From Clostridia bacterium (GTDB lineage: Bacteria > Bacillota > Clostridia > UBA1212 > UBA1255), in NCBI GenBank assembly GCA_017620915.1, contig JAFZSK010000014.1:2712-66711 (forward strand): DNA of 64,000 nucleotides, given 5' to 3'. The notes beneath the pieces were generated by a model. The model was not told where the DNA came from. It did no database searches and saw only the letters and a list, made by a program, of their open reading frames with translations. Positions 45,606 through 54,641 of the stretch are shown in pieces (the first letter of the stretch is position 1; each line of letters begins with the position of its first letter). The position numbers and the translations under genes are program-made.

Positions 45606-48600
45606 ATGAAGAAGCTGACAATCGCGTTGATCGTAGTATTGACGCTGGTTCTGGGACTTGGCGTTCTGACGGTCGTCGGAATGGATGCCATGTATGCTGA
45701 CGTTAATACACTTCAGTGGGACGGCACGACCCCGGATTCCGGCCTTGTCGGAGCATCAACTGTTAAGATCGATCCCGGACAGAAACTTTATATTCTCGGC
45801 TGGTTTGCAGAGCATGGAAAAACTGTCGATAAAGTAGTCTGGACGCTTGACGGCGTTGAAAAAGAATGCGCTGATAACTACAGAGACAGGGGCGAGATCG
45901 CGGGAATATTTGGCTCACCGTGGGTCGCGGAAGATTTCAATAGAGCAGGCTACGGAAAAGACGCTGACATGATGGAACTGCTCGGCGTTGACGAACTTGC
46001 AGAAGGCATTTACACCGTTTCGATCATAGGTAAATTTACGGACGGTTCTTCGCAAACGCTTAAAAGCGATTTTACCCTTGCCGTCGGCAACGTCGCTACC
46101 CTGTCTGATCATCCTATCAGAAACGGCGGCGAGAGCATCGGTACCTGGATCCAGAAAGGCAGTGTTTCCAACTATGTAGAATTCACTACTGCAGGGAAGG
46201 TAAGCGGCTTTAACTTCCATTACTGGGCTTCCAACCCGGCCGGAACCGGTCCCAAAGCTACGTGGAAAGCAGAACTTTACAAATTCGTGAACAATCCGGA
46301 TTATTCGTTCACAAAAGACCCGCTTAAAACTGTGACTGTCACGTCTAATGGTGACAACGATCCTGTCGTTAACGTTAAGTGGGACGAAGCTCTGGATGCC
46401 GGAACTTATCTCATTAAATTCACGATCCTGAATCCGGATTACACCGAGGAGATCGGCGGCGAAATGAAGCGTCCTTACTTGGTTCTGCCTAAGATCACCA
46501 ATCCTGACGCTGCTAAATTCGCATACGGTGCAGATGCTTTCAATCTCTCGGTATACGGCGAAGACGTTGACGGCGACTTCTTCCTGGAAAATCCCGCGAA
46601 TGTTGATTCAAAAGAAATTTTACAGATCGACTACGTATGGCTTCATACATCAGGCGAAGTGATTGAAAATGTAGGCACAGGACCCGATATCGGTAATATA
46701 AAGACCGCAGTTGACAAGGGTGCTTCGCTTTTCTCGATTATCGGATGGTATTATCCGCAGAAACCGATCGACCACTTTGAGATCCAGGTTGACGACGGTG
46801 AACGCATCGCTGTCGAGGGCACCTATAATGCCGATACAGCTGCGGTCATCGGCGGATGGGACGGATGCTCCGATTATGAATGGTACAGAAATTATACTGC
46901 TACAGTTCAGCTCCTTGAAGGCGAGCACAATGTTAAATTATATGTCAAATCTTACGATGGAACTGAGAAATTGCTCTATTCGGGACGCTACCTGAATGAC
47001 GATTCCAATATTGCGTATGGAAAGAGAACAGTCGTAGGTTATACTGCAGGATCGCCTTACGGTTCTCCCTACTGGAGCGAAGGCTACCTCACGGACGGAA
47101 CAAAATGGAAATTCAGCGACGGCACAGTTAAAAACCCGGTCCCGCTGGGCTGGTACGTTCAGGATCCTGCAGACAACATGATCTACATCGACCTTGAAGA
47201 TGTGTACGATCTGACGGAGATCAAACTCTATCCTATGGGCTTCGCTTACGGCACGTTCCCGAATACGTTCACCGTATATACTTCTCTCGATATGGCGGCC
47301 TGGGATGTGGTCGGCGGCGAGACCGGCCTGACGGGTGCTTTTGACTCTGCAGCTCCGTTCTCATATACCACGACCAACCGTGCAAGATATATCTGTGTTG
47401 TTATTAACACGGGCAACAACGGTCAAGTAAGTTTAGGCGAGATCGAAGCTTACGGTACTTTCGTTGAGGAAGGAACCGGGCTTCCGGCATATCTGCCTTA
47501 TTATTCCAACTATGGCGGCGGTGTAAGATATGACGATCCGTGGAACGATTCCTCCTGGACCGGCTTTAACACCGGTTCGCTTGAGAACAAGATAGTATTC
47601 AATACCGATGTTCCGATCAGCGCAATACAGTTCCCTGCGGCATGGGCGGCGGAGGATACTCCTGTGACCTTCACGTTTAAGAAAGACGGCGCGGTCGTCG
47701 CGACAGTCGAAAAGGTGTTCACAGGCGACGGCGGATTTATTCTTGAGTTTGCCGAGGAACTTCCGGCGGGTGAATATGTATTAGATATCAAGATAACGGA
47801 TGATAAGGTCAATCCCGAGAATGGCGCCTATGCGTACTATCTTGCCCTTGGTTACGCGGATGCTGCTCCGTACGGCAAAGAATATGTTGACCAGCTGCGC
47901 GGCCGCAATGTTGCTATTAACCTCTATTCCAGCGACACGACCGGCGAAGGCTTCATCAAGCGTAATTACAAAGAGGGAATGTCCCGCGATCAGGTAAGAG
48001 TTGACGGCGTGGACAAAGCGAGCGTCGGCGGCAATGCTGCTGTAACGGACATTGCAGAAAACCTTTACGACTCCATCGGCAAAAACATCAACTTCTGGGG
48101 CTGGTACGGAAACAATATGGGCCTCGATAAGTTCGGCGTCAAAGTTGACGGCGGAGAAATGGTCTACTCTGACAGATACTCCGATCCCAGCATCGCGGCG
48201 CATCTTACCAACAACGTATTCAATGGCGATATTGCGTACAGCGATCGCTTCAATATCGATGTCGAGATCACCGAAGGCGAACATACCGCTGAGGTTTACG
48301 CTATCACCAACGACGGCGAAGTGCTTGTCTGGACGATCAACTACAAAGCGACTGCTCCGGAGGAGGAACACGGCCTGCGCGATTTCGACAAGAACAAAGG
48401 CGACGCTCTGTCCTATGACAACATTTTCGTCAACGGCGAACAGGTGGCCGAAGGCAACAGCCAGGTCATCGCGACCAAGAAGCTGATCGACGGTTCTGAC
48501 GGCTCTGTTGAAAACATCGCTATGCGCGGCTGGTACGGCAACGCGAACGCGAGCGTAGTAAGCTACGGATACCGGATCGACGGCGGAGAGCCGGTATACG

Positions 48601-49382
48601 GCGATTTCGCGTCCGAAGCAGAGCAGCCTGTAATTGAATCGGGCGGCGAGTCCAGATTCCTGGTCACCGTTGACGTGACCGGACTTAAAGACGGCAAGGA
48701 GCATAAGATCGAAGTCGTGGCCAAGCTGGACAACGGCGACATCGTTATCCTCAACAGATACGACGTTGATACCGATAAGGATCGCGAAGTCTACGTGAAC
48801 TACAAAGCGCCGGAAGCTCCGGAAGAAGAGCTGAAGTGGCATGTCAATATTGACGCCATCACCGCGGGCGGAGCCGCTCAGGATAAGACCGATCCGCTTG
48901 CGCTCGAAGTTGCCAACGACGTTGACAGCATCAACTTCCACGGCTGGGTCGCTTCCAACAAGCCTATCACGAAATACGGATACAGAGTTGACGGCGGGGA
49001 AGTCGTTTACTTCGACGGAACGCTCGGCGGAGAAGACGCTGATTCTGTGGCGATCATGAACGCCGCGAAGGGCATGTACGGCGAGAACGGCAACGGCTAC
49101 CGCTACAGCAAGGATATCCCGCTTGATGAAGGTGAGCATACGCTCGAGATCATCGCGCTGTGCGGCGATACCGATGTTGCGGTCTTCACGATCAACTACA
49201 AGAGAGCTCAGGCTGAGACTCAGCCTACCACCGAGCCCACCACCGAACCTACCACCGAGCCCGGGACCGAACCCGGAACCGAGCCGCCGCAGACCGGCGA
49301 CGCGCTGATCGCGATGTTCGCGGTCATCGTGGTGCTGGCAATGGGTGCCGCTGTGGTATTCGCGAAGAAAAGATCGTTCTGA
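45606..49382 (+). CDS. Large cell-wall-anchored surface protein paralog (1258 aa): central F5/8 type C-like domain, multiple copies of the same about 110-aa repeat module, PPQTGD anchor
   Basis: Signal peptide. F5/8-C-like block around residues 480-640 (YLTDGTKWKF...FTVYTSLDMAAWDVVGGETG...ARYICVVI...GEIEAYG). Modules with GWYGN...YG(Y/V)(R/K)VDGGE...EGEHT. C-terminal ...PPQTGDALIAMFAVIVVLAMGAAVVFAKKRSF. GGAGGAG RBS. Confidence 0.8.
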   Translation: MKKLTIALIVVLTLVLGLGVLTVVGMDAMYADVNTLQWDGTTPDSGLVGASTVKIDPGQKLYILGWFAEHGKTVDKVVWTLDGVEKECADNYRDRGEIAGIFGSPWVAEDFNRAGYGKDADMMELLGVDELAEGIYTVSIIGKFTDGSSQTLKSDFTLAVGNVATLSDHPIRNGGESIGTWIQKGSVSNYVEFTTAGKVSGFNFHYWASNPAGTGPKATWKAELYKFVNNPDYSFTKDPLKTVTVTSNGDNDPVVNVKWDEALDAGTYLIKFTILNPDYTEEIGGEMKRPYLVLPKITNPDAAKFAYGADAFNLSVYGEDVDGDFFLENPANVDSKEILQIDYVWLHTSGEVIENVGTGPDIGNIKTAVDKGASLFSIIGWYYPQKPIDHFEIQVDDGERIAVEGTYNADTAAVIGGWDGCSDYEWYRNYTATVQLLEGEHNVKLYVKSYDGTEKLLYSGRYLNDDSNIAYGKRTVVGYTAGSPYGSPYWSEGYLTDGTKWKFSDGTVKNPVPLGWYVQDPADNMIYIDLEDVYDLTEIKLYPMGFAYGTFPNTFTVYTSLDMAAWDVVGGETGLTGAFDSAAPFSYTTTNRARYICVVINTGNNGQVSLGEIEAYGTFVEEGTGLPAYLPYYSNYGGGVRYDDPWNDSSWTGFNTGSLENKIVFNTDVPISAIQFPAAWAAEDTPVTFTFKKDGAVVATVEKVFTGDGGFILEFAEELPAGEYVLDIKITDDKVNPENGAYAYYLALGYADAAPYGKEYVDQLRGRNVAINLYSSDTTGEGFIKRNYKEGMSRDQVRVDGVDKASVGGNAAVTDIAENLYDSIGKNINFWGWYGNNMGLDKFGVKVDGGEMVYSDRYSDPSIAAHLTNNVFNGDIAYSDRFNIDVEITEGEHTAEVYAITNDGEVLVWTINYKATAPEEEHGLRDFDKNKGDALSYDNIFVNGEQVAEGNSQVIATKKLIDGSDGSVENIAMRGWYGNANASVVSYGYRIDGGEPVYGDFASEAEQPVIESGGESRFLVTVDVTGLKDGKEHKIEVVAKLDNGDIVILNRYDVDTDKDREVYVNYKAPEAPEEELKWHVNIDAITAGGAAQDKTDPLALEVANDVDSINFHGWVASNKPITKYGYRVDGGEVVYFDGTLGGEDADSVAIMNAAKGMYGENGNGYRYSKDIPLDEGEHTLEIIALCGDTDVAVFTINYKRAQAETQPTTEPTTEPTTEPGTEPGTEPPQTGDALIAMFAVIVVLAMGAAVVFAKKRSF

Positions 49383-49440
49383 TCTCTGATCTCCGATCGA
49401 TCCGGCCATTTAAGCGGCTGAAATAGCTTAAACAATACGG

Positions 49441-49489
49441 GGCTGTTTGCAGACCTTGCTTTTGCGGGGCGAACAAACAGCCCTTTTGA
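49441..49489 (+). terminator. Intrinsic terminator hairpin (GGGCTGTTTG...CAAACAGCCC, then TTTTGA) immediately before the third paralog
   Basis: 10-bp stem, 23-nt loop, U-tract. The next start codon follows 10 nt later. Confidence 0.55.
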
Positions 49490-49498
49490 GGAAACGGT

Positions 49499-51955
49499 AT
49501 GAAAAAGATCATTATTTCAACGATATTGGTGCTGGCGATGTTATTGTCGCTGTGCAGCTTTGCCGGTGCCGCGGAAACGCCGTGGGAATACTGCCAGATG
49601 GATTTTGTACTGCTCTGGAACAAAGACGTGGCATTCATCGAGAACATGGGCAAGGGCAGTGATCTCGGCCAGATCAAACCGGCCGTTGACGCCGGGGCCA
49701 ACGGCATCTGCCTGATGGGCTGGTATTATCCGCCAACGACAGATGAGATCGTTGACTACGGTTATCAGGTGGATGACGGCGAGATCGTGTACGATTCCAT
49801 TGCCTGTATTTACGACGCGAATCTGGCGCCTGCGCTCGTGTCCTTTGGCGGCGACTGGGTCGATCGTGCCGACTATGCCCGTAACTTCAACGGCAACATC
49901 CCGATCCAGGAAGGCAGCCACACGGTCAAACTGATCGCCAGGTTCGCGGACGGTTCCACAAAAGCCATTTATCAGACCCGTTACGCCAACGACGATTCCG
50001 ACCTCGCGCTGAACAAGCCGGTCTATATCGAGCTGAAGAACGGTGTCCGCAACGGTTCGGGCTACTGGGACGATTCGTTCATCAACGACGGCTACAATCC
50101 CGTGCACAAGCCTGATGTGGTTCCGGATCCGGTGCCGCTGGGCTTTTATCCGATCGCCGCCGGACACGTGGTCGCGGATATATACATTGACCTCGAAGGC
50201 GAGTACGACCTGGAAAAAGTCACGCTCCACTCCCAGGGCTTCTATAGTGACTCCTTCCCGAACACATACAATGTGTATACGTCCAAAGACGGCGCCAGCT
50301 GGGATAAGATCGGCGGCGAAAGCGGACGGACCGGTGAAGTCGATACCGCCGAGCCCTTCGTGTATGCCACCACCAACCGTGCGCGCTTTATCAAAGTAGA
50401 GGTGCTCTCGGGCAATATCGTTGACGACAGCGGCTTCGAATACATGGGCATCGGCGAGATCGAGGCGTACGGCAAATACGCCGGCAAATCCACCGTGGTC
50501 AAACCCGGCTACATTCCTTACTCGAACTATTCGGGCGGCGTGGCGTTCGGCGACGCGGGCGGCAATTCCGCCTGGACCGGCTTCACTACCGGCACGCTTA
50601 CTTATAAATTTATGTTCAACACCGATGTGTCGTTCTACAAGATCGGCTTCCCGGTGGCGTGGGGCCTTGCGGGCACGCCGCTGAAGTTCGAGTTTAAGAA
50701 GGACGGGGAGGTCGTTGCCACCCAGACGTACACGGCAGTCGGCGACGCGCCGTTCACGCTGGACATCGGCAAGACGCTCGAAGCGGGCGAGTATGAGGTC
50801 ATTGTCACCATCACGGACGATGAGCTCCGGCCGGAAGGCGACCCGAACGCCGGCGCCTACCTGTATTACATGGTATTCGGCTACGCGACCGAAGGCGTGC
50901 TGGACAACACATACTTCGCCCAGGAGCGCGGCCAGATCGCCTTCGATCTATACTCGAACGAAACGAATGGCCAGGGCTTCATCAAGCGCGAATACAAGCA
51001 GCACGCCAACATTGACGCGGTCTCGCTGGACGGGGAGAGCAAGGGCAATGAGAACGGCCTGGCGATCACAGTAAGCGAGAACAGCCAGAACATCCTGGTG
51101 CACGGCTGGCTGGCGGCCAACTATCCGATCGAAAAGTACGGGTACAAAGTTGACGGCGGCGCGGCGGTGTACGACGACAGCTTCCTCAACCGGGATTACG
51201 GTACGGCGGAAGCGCCCAACGCGGACTATTTCGCGATCCTCGGCGTGGCGCAGGATCTGTACAGCGTCGCGGGCAACGGTTTCCGTGCCAACGTTCTTGT
51301 CCCCGTGACCGAAGGCGGCCACTCTGTGGAGATCGTGGCGATGGTCGCCGGTGAAGAGAAAGTGTTCTACACCTTCACGTACGCGCCGGAAGGCGTGCAT
51401 GTGCCGGTGACGCGCAGTTTTGACGCGGATACGGACAATCAGTACTTCGACGCTATCTTCTACAACAACGAGGACGCTCCCCGGGCCAACGGCAACGATG
51501 AAGTGGCGGCGCTGAAGACGCTCATTGACGGCTCGGCCGGTGACATCGAAGTGCTGGGTCTGTACGGCTGGTTCTCTTCCGATTCCCCGATCGTGCAGTT
51601 TGGTTATGTGCTGGACGGCAGGGATCCGGTATTTGACGACGCGTTCACGGCGCCGCTAAACGCCGGGGAAGAGGAGGCGATCGGCGGTTCCAGAGCGGGC
51701 GGCAAGCGGTACCGCGTGAATATTGACGTCACCCGCCTGAACGACGGCAATACCCACGAGATCAAAGTCGTGGCAAAACTGGAAAACGGCGACACGGTCA
51801 TCTTCGACCGGGCCAACCGGGAAGCGATCGTATACTACAAGGCGCCCGGCGCTGAACTGCCCGGTACCGGTGACGCAGTGATCCTCGTGCTCGCCGCGAT
51901 CGCGCTGCTGGCAATGACCGCCGCAGTGATATTCATTCGCAAAAAAGCGCATTGA
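49499..51955 (+). CDS. Cell-wall-anchored surface protein paralog (818 aa): F5/8 type C-like domain, shared C-terminal module, canonical LPGTG anchor
   Basis: Signal peptide MKKIIISTILVLAMLLSLCSFAGA. F5/8-C-like block around residues 165-320. The C-terminal 150 aa are about 75% identical to protein 1. Ends ...LPGTGDAVILVLAAIALLAMTAAVIFIRKKAH. Confidence 0.8.
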   Translation: MKKIIISTILVLAMLLSLCSFAGAAETPWEYCQMDFVLLWNKDVAFIENMGKGSDLGQIKPAVDAGANGICLMGWYYPPTTDEIVDYGYQVDDGEIVYDSIACIYDANLAPALVSFGGDWVDRADYARNFNGNIPIQEGSHTVKLIARFADGSTKAIYQTRYANDDSDLALNKPVYIELKNGVRNGSGYWDDSFINDGYNPVHKPDVVPDPVPLGFYPIAAGHVVADIYIDLEGEYDLEKVTLHSQGFYSDSFPNTYNVYTSKDGASWDKIGGESGRTGEVDTAEPFVYATTNRARFIKVEVLSGNIVDDSGFEYMGIGEIEAYGKYAGKSTVVKPGYIPYSNYSGGVAFGDAGGNSAWTGFTTGTLTYKFMFNTDVSFYKIGFPVAWGLAGTPLKFEFKKDGEVVATQTYTAVGDAPFTLDIGKTLEAGEYEVIVTITDDELRPEGDPNAGAYLYYMVFGYATEGVLDNTYFAQERGQIAFDLYSNETNGQGFIKREYKQHANIDAVSLDGESKGNENGLAITVSENSQNILVHGWLAANYPIEKYGYKVDGGAAVYDDSFLNRDYGTAEAPNADYFAILGVAQDLYSVAGNGFRANVLVPVTEGGHSVEIVAMVAGEEKVFYTFTYAPEGVHVPVTRSFDADTDNQYFDAIFYNNEDAPRANGNDEVAALKTLIDGSAGDIEVLGLYGWFSSDSPIVQFGYVLDGRDPVFDDAFTAPLNAGEEEAIGGSRAGGKRYRVNIDVTRLNDGNTHEIKVVAKLENGDTVIFDRANREAIVYYKAPGAELPGTGDAVILVLAAIALLAMTAAVIFIRKKAH

Positions 51956-52039
51956 GATTGCTGTTGAATGAGGACTTGCGCATAAACTCGCAGCTGTTGC
52001 AGTTCATGAGCCGTGTCTTCAAAAAAGTAAGAGGAATTT

Positions 52040-52215
52040 GTTCAAACGAGCGCGTTTGTCTTACATTCTCGCTCATTTGACCGGGTAATCAACGTGACTG
52101 ATAAGACAAGATTTCTCAAATGAGTGATCTTGTCTTATTTTGTTCTCTCCAGGTCTTCAAAATGTAAGACAATATGCCTCAAACGGGCAAAAATGTCTTA
52201 CTTTTCGCCTTTTGG
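52040..52215. repeat. Tandem palindromic repeat family E: 3 copies of about 65 bp with (G)TAAGACAA-N22-TTGTCTTA(C)
   Basis: Example: GATAAGACAAGATTTCTCAAATGAGTGATCTTGTCTTAT. Lies upstream of ldh. Confidence 0.8.
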
Positions 52216-52409
52216 GCAGGTCACAGACGCAGCCGACCTTTGCCATTTGCCCTTTGTCATTTACCCCCTGTCCCTTGCCCTTTGCCCCTTGCGCCAAGGC
52301 TGTCTTCGTGGTACAATACTATGAGGTGCTTTGGCCGCAGGCCCGAACGCCGCCAAATGGCAATTTGCAAACAGCAAGTTGCATGAAATAATTCAGAAGG
52401 TGAAATTCA

Positions 52410-53357
52410 ATGGGAAGAAAGATCACAGTTATTGGCGCCGGCAGCGTGGGATCCACGATAACGTATACGCTGGCGGTGGATAAAATTGCCTCCGAGATCG
52501 TGATGATCGACGTCAACGAAGAAAAAGCGCGCGGCGAAGCGATGGACATACTGCAGGGCATGCCGTTCAGCTCGCCGACGAATATATATGCGGGCACGTA
52601 CAGCGATGCCGCGGGATCGGATATTGTCATCATCACCTGCGGGCTGCCGCGGAAGGCGGGGCAGTCGCGTATTGACCTCGCGCAGACCAACGTCAACATT
52701 ATAAAGCAGATCGCGCCGGAGATCGCGAAGTACGCGCCGGATGCGATATATATCATTGTCAGCAATCCCGTTGACATCCTGACGTACGTGTTCATGCGCG
52801 TGTCCGGCATCCCCGAAAAGCACATCATCGGTTCCGGCACGATCCTGGACACCTCGCGCCTGCGTTCGCGCATTGCCGAATATGTGGGCATCAGCGAGCA
52901 GAACATCCACGCGTACGTGCTGGGCGAACACGGCGACAGTTCGTTCGTGCCCTGGTCCATCGCGCAGGTGGGGTGCGTCAATCTGTTCGATTACCGCAAA
53001 GATTTCCACTTTTACGATTCGCTGCGGCCTGAACTGGACACCGACGAGATCGAGGAGTACATCAAGACCTCCGGCGGCCAGATCATCAAGCGCAAGGGGG
53101 CCACGTTCTACGCCGTCTCCATTTCCGTCTGCCACATCGTCAAATGCCTGCTGGGCAGCGCCAACAACGCGCTCACCGTGTCGTCAATGATGCACGGCGA
53201 ATACGACATCGAAGACGTTTGCCTGAGCATCCCGTTTATTATCGGGCCTCACGGCGTGTGCGGCCATCTGCTGCCCAACCTTACCGGGCCGGAGATCGGC
53301 AAGCTGCAGAACAGCGCCAACGTGCTCAAAAACGTTATCCGCCAGGTCAATATCTGA
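52410..53357 (+). CDS. ldh: L-lactate dehydrogenase (NAD-dependent LDH/MDH family)
   Basis: KITVIGAGSVGSTITYTL...DIVIITCGLPRKAGQSRIDL...IVSNPVDILTYV...GSGTILDTSRLR..HAYVLGEHGDS. Canonical LDH motifs, including the active-site region. Confidence 0.9.
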   Translation: MGRKITVIGAGSVGSTITYTLAVDKIASEIVMIDVNEEKARGEAMDILQGMPFSSPTNIYAGTYSDAAGSDIVIITCGLPRKAGQSRIDLAQTNVNIIKQIAPEIAKYAPDAIYIIVSNPVDILTYVFMRVSGIPEKHIIGSGTILDTSRLRSRIAEYVGISEQNIHAYVLGEHGDSSFVPWSIAQVGCVNLFDYRKDFHFYDSLRPELDTDEIEEYIKTSGGQIIKRKGATFYAVSISVCHIVKCLLGSANNALTVSSMMHGEYDIEDVCLSIPFIIGPHGVCGHLLPNLTGPEIGKLQNSANVLKNVIRQVNI

Positions 53358-53432
53358 GCGCGCCGGAATCGCGCGCAAACACGGGCCGTCGCCCAGACCG
53401 ACTGCCCGTTTGTTATGTAAGGAGAGAAACTG

Positions 53433-54236
53433 ATGAATTACAGCTATTATCCGGGCTGCACGCTGAAGACCAAAGCGCAGGAGCTGGATCGTTACGGCCG
53501 CGAGAGCGCGAAGGCGCTGGGCATCGGGCTGGAGGAAATTGACGACTGGCAGTGCTGCGGCGCCGTGTATCCCATGGTGCGGGACGAGATCGCTACGAAA
53601 TTGTCCGCGGTGCGCACGCTGATGGCGGCGCGGGACAAAGGGCAGAAGCTCGTCACGCTGTGTTCGGCGTGCCATAACGTGTTGACGCGGGTCAACAACG
53701 ACATGCGCACCGATGAATACATCCGCTCCCGGGCGAACAATTATCTTGACCCCGCGGTGCCCTACGCCGGCGAGACGCAGGTGATCCACTACCTGCAGCT
53801 GCTGCGGGACGAACTGGGCTTCGAGCAGCTGGCCCAAGCGGTCAAAAACCCGCTCAAAGGACGCAAGATCGGCGCGTACTACGGCTGCCTGCTGCTGCGC
53901 CCCTCTAAAGTGATGGCCTTCGACGACCCCGAAAATCCGCGTATCATCGAAGATTTCGTGCGCGCGCTGGGCGGGACGCCGGTGGTATACGGCATGCGCA
54001 ACGAATGCTGCGGCGCGTATGTGACGCTGAAGGACGAGGCGCAGGCGCGGGTCAACGTGGAGCGCATCATCGCCAACGCCCGCAGCCAGGGCGCGGAAGA
54101 AATTATCACCGCGTGCCCGCTGTGCATGTACAATCTTAAAAAGCATCAGGACGGCAGCATGCCGGTGCGCTACATTACCGAGCTGCTGTACGAGGCGCTG
54201 GGGCTGAAGGAGGCGGACGCAAATGCAGATGAGTGA
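53433..54236 (+). CDS. hdrB: Heterodisulfide-reductase subunit B-like protein (two CCG domains)
   Basis: MNYSYYPGCTL...WQCCGAVYPM and ...YYGCLLLRP...NECCGAYV...ITACPLCMYNL: duplicated Cys-rich CCG motifs. Confidence 0.85.
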   Translation: MNYSYYPGCTLKTKAQELDRYGRESAKALGIGLEEIDDWQCCGAVYPMVRDEIATKLSAVRTLMAARDKGQKLVTLCSACHNVLTRVNNDMRTDEYIRSRANNYLDPAVPYAGETQVIHYLQLLRDELGFEQLAQAVKNPLKGRKIGAYYGCLLLRPSKVMAFDDPENPRIIEDFVRALGGTPVVYGMRNECCGAYVTLKDEAQARVNVERIIANARSQGAEEIITACPLCMYNLKKHQDGSMPVRYITELLYEALGLKEADANADE

Positions 54237-54621
54237 GAAGGACGTTGCCGCCCTCGTAAAAGAGATCAGCGGTTCCGACGTGAAAAAATGCATGAAATGC
54301 GGCAAGTGCTCCGCCACCTGTCCCGCGTACGGCGAGATGCGGTTCCATCCGCATCAGTTCGTGGCGATGGTTGCCCGCGGCCGGGTGGAAGAGCTGCTGA
54401 AGGACCCCACCGTGACGCGTTGCCTCAGCTGTTTCGCGTGCGTGGAACGTTGTCCCCGGGGCGTGGAACCCGCCAATGTGGTGGCGGCAATACGCGTACT
54501 GGCGGAACGTGAGCAGGAGGGCAACAACTTCTCTCCCGCCGACGTGCCGAAACTGCTCTCGCAGGACCCGGAGATCCCACAGCAGGCGCTGGTCAGCGCC
54601 TTCCGCAAGTACAGAAAATGA
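54223..54621 (+). CDS. hdrC: Heterodisulfide-reductase subunit C-like 2x[4Fe-4S] protein
   Basis: CMKCGKCSATCP and CLSCFACVERCP ferredoxin motifs. Overlaps the hdrB stop. Confidence 0.85.
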   Translation: MQMSEKDVAALVKEISGSDVKKCMKCGKCSATCPAYGEMRFHPHQFVAMVARGRVEELLKDPTVTRCLSCFACVERCPRGVEPANVVAAIRVLAEREQEGNNFSPADVPKLLSQDPEIPQQALVSAFRKYRK

Positions 54622-54641
54622 GATGGGCGGTGTGATCAGAT

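Noticed and set aside
53184-54317. 377-aa minus-strand ORF over ldh and hdrB
   Set aside because: Antisense to two genes with unambiguous LDH and CCG-domain motifs.
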